Positions 57,066 through 64,000 of a stretch of 64,000 bases of DNA are shown piece after piece. Both the position numbers and the translations under genes were made by a program. How positions within the stretch are numbered: the first letter of the stretch is position 1; each line of letters begins with the position of its first letter. The notes below the pieces were generated by a model. The model ran no database searches and had not been told where the DNA came from. It worked only from the letters and a program-made list of their open reading frames with translations. Origin of the DNA: Candidatus Multivoradales bacterium (GTDB lineage Bacteria > Acidobacteriota > Thermoanaerobaculia > Multivoradales > JAHEKO01); the NCBI GenBank assembly GCA_965223155.1, contig CBDCVR010000013.1, forward strand, positions 64,001-128,000, written 5' to 3'.

Positions 57066-59624
57066 ATGGCTGTTCCATTCGGAAAGATCGCCGCGCTCGC
57101 CGCGGTCGCGACCCTATCGATCGGCTGCGAGCCGGCGCCGCAAATGGCACCGGAGGCCGCGGTTTCTCCCAACACGCAGGCGGCCGAGGCTGGGGTAATC
57201 CACCCGGAGAGCTGGCCCGAGCTGACCTCCCCCGTGCCGATCGATGCGGAGATCGAAGACGCCATCACCGAGCTTCTGAGCTCGATGTCGGCCGCCGAGA
57301 AAGTCGGCCAGATCCTGCAACCCGAGATCAATAGCGTCACTCCCGAGGATGTCCGGAAGTACCGGCTGGGCTCGGTGCTGAATGGCGGCGGTGGCTGGCC
57401 CAATGCGACCAAGGCGTCAACGCCCGCCGACTGGCTGGCGCTGGCGGACGCCTTCTGGGAAGCTTCGATGGATGTCTCCGAGGGCGGGCACGCCATCCCG
57501 ATCGCGTGGGGTCTGGACGCCGTCCATGGCCACAACAACGTCATCGGCGCGACCCTGTTTCCGCACAATGTCGGCCTCGGGGCGATGAACAATCCGGAGC
57601 TGATGCGACGCATCGGCGAGGTCACGGCCGTCGAGGTCGCGATCACCGGGCAGGACTGGAACTTCGGCCCTACCGTGGCCGTGGCTCGTGACGATCGTTG
57701 GGGAAGGGCCTACGAGAGCTACTCTGAGGACCCGGCGATCGTGGCCGCCTACGCTCGCGCCATGGTCGAGGGCCTCCAGGGCGCGGCTGGCGCCGATGAG
57801 TTCCTAGACGGGCGCCATTTGATCGCCACGGTCAAGCACTTCCTCGGAGACGGCGGCACCGAAGGAGGCGTCGATCAGGGGGATACGACGGCGGCCGAGA
57901 GCGAGCTGCGAGACATCCACGGGGCCGGATATTTCAGCGCACTCGAGGCGGGAGTCCAGACCGTCATGGCCTCGTTCAGCAGTTGGCATGGCCGCAAGAT
58001 GCACGGCCACCGCGAGCTCTTGACCGACGTACTGAAGGGTCGGATGGGCTTTGACGGCTTCGTGGTGGGGGACTGGAACGGCCACGGCCAGGTGGCCGGC
58101 TGCACCAACCAGAGCTGTGCCGCGGCGATCAACGCCGGCGTCGACATGTTCATGGTGCCCAACGACTGGAAGGCGCTCTACGAGAATACGCTGGCGCAGG
58201 CCGAGTCCGGCCAGATTCCGTCCCAGCGTCTGGACGACGCGGTCCGGCGCATCCTGCGCGTCAAGATGCGGGCCGGTCTCTTTGCGATGGGCAAGCCGTC
58301 GAGCAGGCCGCTGGCAGGCCGCATGGAGCAGTTCGGCTCGGCCGAACACCGCGCCGTGGCCCGGCAGGCGGTCCGGGAGTCCCTGGTCTTGCTCAAGAAC
58401 TCCGGTGGCCTCTTGCCGCTCGCGCCCGGAGCAACCGTGCTGGTCGCCGGCGATGGCGCCGACGACATCGGCAAGCAGTCCGGGGGCTGGAGCATCACCT
58501 GGCAGGGTACCGGCAACACCAACGCCGAGTTTCCCGGGGCGACCTCGGTCTGGGAGGGTCTCCGGCAGGCGATCGACGGTGACGGCGGCCGGGCGGTCTT
58601 GAGCCCGGATGGCTCCTATGAGACCAAACCGGACGTTGCCGTGGTGGTGTACGGAGAGGATCCCTACGCCGAGTTTCAGGGAGATCGCGATTCGGTTGAC
58701 TTCCGGCCGACCGAACCCCTGGAGCTCTTGCGCCGCCTGCGCGCCGACGGCATTCCGACGGTGTCGGTCTTCTTGACCGGCCGCCCGCTCTGGGTCCACC
58801 CCGAGCTCAATGCATCGGACGCGTTTGTGACCGCCTGGCTTCCCGGTACTGAGGGAGGCGGCGTTGCGGACGTACTGATCGGTAACCGGGAAGGCTCCGT
58901 ACGGCACGATTTCGCCGGCCGGCTGTCCTTTTCTTGGCCCGCCTCTCCTGCGCAGGCGGTCCTCAACGTCGGAGACGATCCTTACGAGCCGCTGTTTCCG
59001 TTTGGCCACGGCTTGAGCTACTCGGATTCCGGGGAGCTGCCGACGCTGTCCGAGGACGCGGGCCAGGCCTCGATTGGAAGCCGCACGGTCTATTTCGATG
59101 GCGGCCCGGTCGAACCGTGGCGGCTCTACGTCGGAAACGCGACCGAGTGGCGGGTGCCCGCCGACGGGCCGGTCGTCGCCACCCGTGGCAGTGAAGACCT
59201 GGTGCTTCGGGTCGTGGATCGGCGGGTGCAGGGAGATGCTCGCGAAGCGCGCTGGACGGGGTCGGGTCGGGCCGCGGTCCATCTGCAGGCGAACGACGCG
59301 GTGGATCTTCGGCGGGAGGCGAACGGCGAGATGGCTCTCGCGTTCGACGTTCGCATCGAGGAGCTCGCCGGTGAGCCGGTGCGATTGGGGGTCGAGTGCG
59401 GCGACTCGTGCTCAGCCGTCGTGGACGTCACGGAGCTGCTGGCCGCGATCGACCCTGGCACTTGGCAGACCGTCTCGGTGAGGCTCCGGTGCTTCGAGGA
59501 CGCCGGCGCCAACCTGGCCGGCATCACGGCGCCCTTCGTGCTGTCCACCGAGGGCGGTGCGCTCTTGGGTTTGTCGGACATTCGGCTGGTGTCGGCTTCC
59601 GAGGAGGTCGCCTCCTGCCCGTAG
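57066..59624 (+). CDS. GH3 exo-1,3/1,4-beta-glucan glucohydrolase (ExoP/CelD-like), lipoprotein
   Basis: EKVGQ, DAVHGHNN, RDDRWGR..ESYSED, KHFLGDGG, VVGDWNGH (nucleophile), PYAEFQGD; extra C-terminal beta domain; lipobox SIGC. Confidence 0.9.
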   Translation: MAVPFGKIAALAAVATLSIGCEPAPQMAPEAAVSPNTQAAEAGVIHPESWPELTSPVPIDAEIEDAITELLSSMSAAEKVGQILQPEINSVTPEDVRKYRLGSVLNGGGGWPNATKASTPADWLALADAFWEASMDVSEGGHAIPIAWGLDAVHGHNNVIGATLFPHNVGLGAMNNPELMRRIGEVTAVEVAITGQDWNFGPTVAVARDDRWGRAYESYSEDPAIVAAYARAMVEGLQGAAGADEFLDGRHLIATVKHFLGDGGTEGGVDQGDTTAAESELRDIHGAGYFSALEAGVQTVMASFSSWHGRKMHGHRELLTDVLKGRMGFDGFVVGDWNGHGQVAGCTNQSCAAAINAGVDMFMVPNDWKALYENTLAQAESGQIPSQRLDDAVRRILRVKMRAGLFAMGKPSSRPLAGRMEQFGSAEHRAVARQAVRESLVLLKNSGGLLPLAPGATVLVAGDGADDIGKQSGGWSITWQGTGNTNAEFPGATSVWEGLRQAIDGDGGRAVLSPDGSYETKPDVAVVVYGEDPYAEFQGDRDSVDFRPTEPLELLRRLRADGIPTVSVFLTGRPLWVHPELNASDAFVTAWLPGTEGGGVADVLIGNREGSVRHDFAGRLSFSWPASPAQAVLNVGDDPYEPLFPFGHGLSYSDSGELPTLSEDAGQASIGSRTVYFDGGPVEPWRLYVGNATEWRVPADGPVVATRGSEDLVLRVVDRRVQGDAREARWTGSGRAAVHLQANDAVDLRREANGEMALAFDVRIEELAGEPVRLGVECGDSCSAVVDVTELLAAIDPGTWQTVSVRLRCFEDAGANLAGITAPFVLSTEGGALLGLSDIRLVSASEEVASCP

Positions 59625-59711
59625 GGCGACGGACGATTGCCGTGAGCTACCATCGATGGCCGGTGCTTCAGGACCGGATTGCTACAGGCCCGATGGGAGC
59701 AGAGGAGAAGA

Positions 59712-60779
59712 ATGGCCCGCAGCCGTGAAGATCCGTTGAACGTGGCCGAGGCGAGCCATGCGAGCAACGGTCACGAGGACGTCCTCGTCGGCGATATCGG
59801 CGGCACGCATGCCCGTTTCGGGATCGTGGACCAAGCCGGGCGGCTTGAAGCCGTGAAGATCTTCAACGCCGCGGACTATGCGACCTTGACCGCGGCGGCT
59901 AGCGAGTATCTGGGAGCCCTGGCGCGGCGGAACCGGCCGCGCAAGGGCGCGATCGCCGTGGCGAGCCCGGTCTTGAGCGACCGCGTACAGCTCACGAATC
60001 ATCCGTGGAGCTTTTCGGTGGAGGAGACCCGGTCGGCGCTCGAGCTCGAGACGCTCGAAGTCCTGAACGACTTCATCGCCTTGGCGCTGGCGCTGCCGGC
60101 CTTGAAGGAAGAGCACAGCCGCACCATCAAGCCCGGTCGGCGGCAAGCCACGGCACCCTTGGGTCTCCTCGGACCGGGCACCGGTCTCGGCGTTTCGGCA
60201 CTGATACCGGTTGCCCAGGGCTGGGTTGCACTGCCGGCCGAGGGCGGGCATCGGGACCTGGCGGCCTCGACCGAGCGGGAGTGGCGGATCGTGCGGTGCC
60301 TCCAGGAGCGCTTCGGACACGTTTCGGCCGAGAGGATTCTGTCCGGCCCCGGACTGCTCAATCTGTACCAGGCTATATGTCAGCTTGACGGACTTGTGCC
60401 GGAGGCCGAGGAACCCAAGGAGATCGAGGCGCGTGCCCTGGCGTCGGGCTGTCGAGCCTGCACCGAGGCGATCGCCATCTTCTCGCGTCAGCTAGGCGCG
60501 GTGGCCGGTGATCTGGCGTTGACCTTTGGGGCGCGGGGAGGGATCTTTCTGGGAGGAGGCGTGCTTCAGGGGATGGGCGACGCGTTTCAGGTCGGCCTGT
60601 TCTGTGAAGGGTTCCTGGACAAGGGCCGCTTCCGGAGCTATCTGGAACCGGTACCCGTGCGACTCGTGCTCAACCCGACCGCGGCTCTCGTGGGGGCCGC
60701 GCGGGCGCTGGAATATGAGTTCCCGGCTGGAGTTCGGGCACTTCCCCAAGACCTCTCGGCCGGCTCGCTGCCGCCCTGA
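59712..60779 (+). CDS. glk: Glucokinase (Glk family)
   Basis: GDIGGT, LNDF, GPGTGLG, EGGH, SAERILSGPGL and KGRF motifs. Confidence 0.93.
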   Translation: MARSREDPLNVAEASHASNGHEDVLVGDIGGTHARFGIVDQAGRLEAVKIFNAADYATLTAAASEYLGALARRNRPRKGAIAVASPVLSDRVQLTNHPWSFSVEETRSALELETLEVLNDFIALALALPALKEEHSRTIKPGRRQATAPLGLLGPGTGLGVSALIPVAQGWVALPAEGGHRDLAASTEREWRIVRCLQERFGHVSAERILSGPGLLNLYQAICQLDGLVPEAEEPKEIEARALASGCRACTEAIAIFSRQLGAVAGDLALTFGARGGIFLGGGVLQGMGDAFQVGLFCEGFLDKGRFRSYLEPVPVRLVLNPTAALVGAARALEYEFPAGVRALPQDLSAGSLPP

Positions 60780-60918
60780 TCGCGCCTTGTAGGGGATTGA
60801 AGGGCCGCAAGATTCATGGTAATCTGGATACGATGAGTCGGACCGGCGCAATGTCCATTCCTCCCGTGGTTCGCCGGATCTGGCTGGGCTGGAGATTCAC
60901 AGGAGGCGCGGCGACGGG

Positions 60919-61752
60919 GTGACGGCGCGGAGGCTCGCCGCGCCTCCCAAGGCCGACTCCTCAAATGGGGGTACGGCGGCGGGATCGCGGGCTCAGGACG
61001 GCAAACTGCCGGTTGCATCGGGGTACGGCTTCGAGGGCGACCTCCGGCCCGAGAGTGCCGAACTCTCCCGGCTTCGAGCCGAGTTCGCCGCCTTCAGTCA
61101 CGCCATATCCCACGACCTGAGAGCACCATTGCGTAGCGCCCAAGGATTCAGCCGAGTTCTACTGGAGGACCATGCCGAGGACCTGGATGAGGAGGCCCGT
61201 GACTACTTGCGTCGGGTCTCGGATGCCACTTTGCGCATGGGCCACTTGATCGATGGGCTCTTGGTGTGGTCGCGGCTGGCGCGGCGGGCCTTCGAGCCCC
61301 TTCCGTTGGACTTGAGCGATTTGGCGTCGGCCGTGGCGGCGAAGGTCTTTGACCGCCATGAGGACCAGGTGGGTGTTTCGGTTGCGCCGGGCCTCGAGTG
61401 CACCGGGGACTGTTTCTTGCTGAAGACGCTTTTCGAGCAGGCTTTTGCCAACTCCTGGCAGAACCGAAGGGCCGGCACTCGGCTCGAAGTGCAGGTACGA
61501 GCGGCGCGGCGAGCCGACGACGGCGAGACCGTGGTCTGGATTCGAGACAATGGCCGCGGTTTCGGTTCCCATTTGCCGCAGCCCCCGTTTCGGCCCTTCT
61601 TTGCGTCCGGGTCCGGCAACCCTGACCGGCGGGGAGTAGGCCTAGCGATCGTGGGTTTGGTCGCTCGGCGGCACGGTGGGCGCGCCTGGGCCGAAGCCGA
61701 GGAGGACGGAGGCGCCAGGCTGTATTTTTCAATCCAGGGAGTTCCGCAATGA
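60919..61752 (+). CDS. Histidine kinase core (HisKA + HATPase) with no visible sensor domain
   Basis: SHDLRAPLR H-box, DNGRGF, GVGLAIV; degenerate N-box; start uncertain. Confidence 0.8.
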   Translation: MTARRLAAPPKADSSNGGTAAGSRAQDGKLPVASGYGFEGDLRPESAELSRLRAEFAAFSHAISHDLRAPLRSAQGFSRVLLEDHAEDLDEEARDYLRRVSDATLRMGHLIDGLLVWSRLARRAFEPLPLDLSDLASAVAAKVFDRHEDQVGVSVAPGLECTGDCFLLKTLFEQAFANSWQNRRAGTRLEVQVRAARRADDGETVVWIRDNGRGFGSHLPQPPFRPFFASGSGNPDRRGVGLAIVGLVARRHGGRAWAEAEEDGGARLYFSIQGVPQ

Positions 61753-62192
61753 GCCGTAACGAGGTGATCTTGCTGGTCGAAGACAATCCCGATGACGAGT
61801 TCCTGACCAAGCGGGCGTTACGTCGGGGACGGGTCGCGAACTCCATCCTGGTTGCTCGCGATGGTGAAGAGGCCCTTGACATGCTCTTGGGGCGCGGGCT
61901 GTGGGAAGGCAAACCGGTACGTCCGTCGGTGCTCCTACTGGATCTCAAGCTGCCCAAGATCGACGGCCTGGACGTTCTGCGACGAGTTCGCGCCGAGCCC
62001 TCGATCCACCGCATGCCCGTGGTCATTCTGACTTCGTCCCGTGAGGACGAAGACCTGCTGGCGAGCTACGACATCGGTGCCAACAGCTACGTGGTCAAGC
62101 CGGTCGACACCAAGCAGTTCGAAAGCGCCGTCAAGCAGCTGGGCCTCTACTGGATGGTCGTAAACGAGACTCCGATCGAGGACTCCGCATAG
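61749..62192 (+). CDS. Single-domain response regulator (Rcp1-like)
   Basis: LLVEDN, LLDLKLPKIDG, LTSS, GANSYVVKP and LGLYW motifs. Confidence 0.93.
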   Translation: MSRNEVILLVEDNPDDEFLTKRALRRGRVANSILVARDGEEALDMLLGRGLWEGKPVRPSVLLLDLKLPKIDGLDVLRRVRAEPSIHRMPVVILTSSREDEDLLASYDIGANSYVVKPVDTKQFESAVKQLGLYWMVVNETPIEDSA

Positions 62193-64000
62193 TGGCGCCG
62201 CCTCGGATCCTGCTGGTCGAGGACCAGGAGGATGACATGCTTCTCGTGAAGAGGGCACTGACCGAAGGCGGTCTAGGGGCCGAGTGCGATTGGGTTCAGG
62301 CCGTCGAGGAGGTGCCCGATGCCTTGGCCCGCTCGAGGTACGACATCGTTCTGTCGGATTTCGAGCTTCCAGGCAAGAACGGCCTGGCCAGCGTCGAGGC
62401 GGTGACCGAGGCGGGATTGGATATCCCCGTGATCCTTGTTTCCGGCACCATCGGCGAGGAGGCGGCGGTACGGGCGATGCGGGCGGGAGTCCGCGACTAC
62501 ATCATGAAGGACAATCTGGTTCGCTTGGCTCCGGCTGTGCGCCGGGAGCTGGCCGAGGCCGAAGCACGCCGCGAACGGCGGGGTATCGAAGAGACCCTGG
62601 AAAGTGAGCGTTTGCGGGCCCAAGTGACCCTCGCGTCGATCGCCGAGGGTGTTGTCCGGATCGATGACCGGCTGTGTGTCGAGTATCTCAATCCCTCAGC
62701 CGAGCGGCTAACCGGGTGGACCTGCTCCGAAGCCCGGGGGCAACCGGTCGAGGAGGTAGTCCAGGTTGTGGACGCGGGAACGCGGGCGCCGCTGCAGCTT
62801 CCGGTGGTGCGGGCCCTCCGGGAGCGCCGTTCCCAGCAACCCTCAGGACAGCGCCTGCTGAGAAACCGCAACGGTGACGTGACTCCGATTCGGGATTCTG
62901 CCGCTCCGATCTCGGGCACTGGCGAAGGGCCCAGTGGTGTGGTGCTGGTTCTGCGGGACCTGGCTTGGCGTCGAGCCATGGAACGGCAGGTATCGACACT
63001 TTCTCGCTACGATCCCGGCACACACCTGCTGAATCGCCGGAGCTTCGAGCTGGATCTGCGCTCGGCCTTCCGCGAGGCGGAGCAGAGTGGCCGCGACCTG
63101 AGCCTCGTCTACGTCGATATCGACCGGTTCAACGTCGTGAACGAAACCGAGGGACCGGTCGCCGGCGATGCCTTCTTGCGTGAGATCGCAGAGACGTTGC
63201 GATCCGGCTGCGCTTCCACGGACGTGGTTGGCCGCCTGGGGGGTGACGAGTTCGGGATCTTGCTGCCGGACTGCGACCGCGAGTCGGCGTTCGATCGCTC
63301 GCAGCGTCTCGCGGCCTCTATCGCCAAGTCTCGCTTCGAGTGGGCGAACACCAAGTTCCGAATCACCGCGAGTGTGGGCGTGGCGGCTCTCGACGAGGTG
63401 CCTAGCGATCCTTCCGGCTTGATGACCGCCGCAGAGAGCGCCTGTCTCATGGCCAAGGAGTCCGGTGGCGATCGCGTGCACCAGCATCGGACGGGTGACG
63501 AGAGCCTGGTGCGTCGCACTGGTGAGGCGCACTGGATCCCGCGCTTGCAACGCGCCTTGGATCGGGATGAGTTTCGGTTGTATTCCCAGCCGATGGTGCC
63601 AATCGGGCCGGGCAACCGACCGGTGATTCACGAGGTCTTGCTCCGTTTGGAGACCGAAGACGGTGACCTCGTGGTTCCCGGCCAGTTTCTGCCGGCCGCA
63701 GAGCGCTACCACATGATGCCCGAACTGGATCGGTGGGTGATCGAGACCGTCCTGCGCACGCTTGCGGAGCTCGGTCTTGAAGAGCTAGGTGCCCACTTTT
63801 CGATCAATCTTTCGGGCCAGAGCCTGACTCGGCCGGAGTTCTTGGAGTTTCTTTCCAGCGAAGTGATCCGCTCGAACATGCCGGCGGCACGACTGTGTTT
63901 CGAGATTACCGAAACCGCGGCGATCGCCGACTTTCGGGATGCCGTCCGGCTGATCGAGCTCTTGCAGGGCTTGGGCTGCCGCTTTGCGCTGGACGATTTC
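62192..64000 (+). CDS. REC-PAS-GGDEF-EAL protein (diguanylate cyclase/phosphodiesterase), truncated by window end
   Basis: Not in the ORF track because it has no stop. Hand translation: MAPPRILLVEDQEDD..., DYIMKD, LNPSAERLTGW (PAS), RLGGDEF, YSQP, HEVLLR, FEITETAA, FALDDF. Confidence 0.92.
   Translation, partial: MAPPRILLVEDQEDDMLLVKRALTEGGLGAECDWVQAVEEVPDALARSRYDIVLSDFELPGKNGLASVEAVTEAGLDIPVILVSGTIGEEAAVRAMRAGVRDYIMKDNLVRLAPAVRRELAEAEARRERRGIEETLESERLRAQVTLASIAEGVVRIDDRLCVEYLNPSAERLTGWTCSEARGQPVEEVVQVVDAGTRAPLQLPVVRALRERRSQQPSGQRLLRNRNGDVTPIRDSAAPISGTGEGPSGVVLVLRDLAWRRAMERQVSTLSRYDPGTHLLNRRSFELDLRSAFREAEQSGRDLSLVYVDIDRFNVVNETEGPVAGDAFLREIAETLRSGCASTDVVGRLGGDEFGILLPDCDRESAFDRSQRLAASIAKSRFEWANTKFRITASVGVAALDEVPSDPSGLMTAAESACLMAKESGGDRVHQHRTGDESLVRRTGEAHWIPRLQRALDRDEFRLYSQPMVPIGPGNRPVIHEVLLRLETEDGDLVVPGQFLPAAERYHMMPELDRWVIETVLRTLAELGLEELGAHFSINLSGQSLTRPEFLEFLSSEVIRSNMPAARLCFEITETAAIADFRDAVRLIELLQGLGCRFALDDF

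Overview
A GC-rich (about 70% by eye), densely coding bacterial window. The gene set (Oar-like TonB-dependent receptor, acidobacterial VWA proteins, FG-GAP/ASPIC-UnbV proteins, sulfatase-TPR) suggests Acidobacteriota, possibly Thermoanaerobaculia; this is an inference. From left to right: (1) a surface-glycan block (Wzx-type flippase, GT2, two GT-C-like paralogues, a degenerate sulfatase-fold lipoprotein); (2) a VapC remnant, a MATE pump and two membrane proteins; (3) a membrane-bound multiheme cytochrome c followed by an FG-GAP/UnbV-TPR gene; (4) a cusCBA-type Cu/Ag efflux operon with a Cys-rich leader ORF; (5) proC, an M24 peptidase, a head-to-head GNAT / acyl-CoA ligase pair around a symmetric -10 box, a MITE-like element, an RRM protein, a SWIM-SNF2 helicase and a DUF389 protein; (6) a ~28 kb LacI-associated glycan-utilisation locus (pfk, VWA, PIG-L deacetylase, SSS transporter, GH2 exo-beta-glucosaminidase, SIS deaminase, sulfatase-TPR, VWA, UnbV, two TPR genes, LacI, TBDR, GH3, glucokinase) with three copies of a candidate operator; (7) an HK-RR-REC/PAS/GGDEF/EAL signalling operon cut by the window end. 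The glycan locus, with its TPR/UnbV/VWA module and no SusD, is the best candidate for an undescribed system. I saw no rRNA, tRNA, CRISPR array or transposase. All calls come from motif recognition by eye; no database searches were run.
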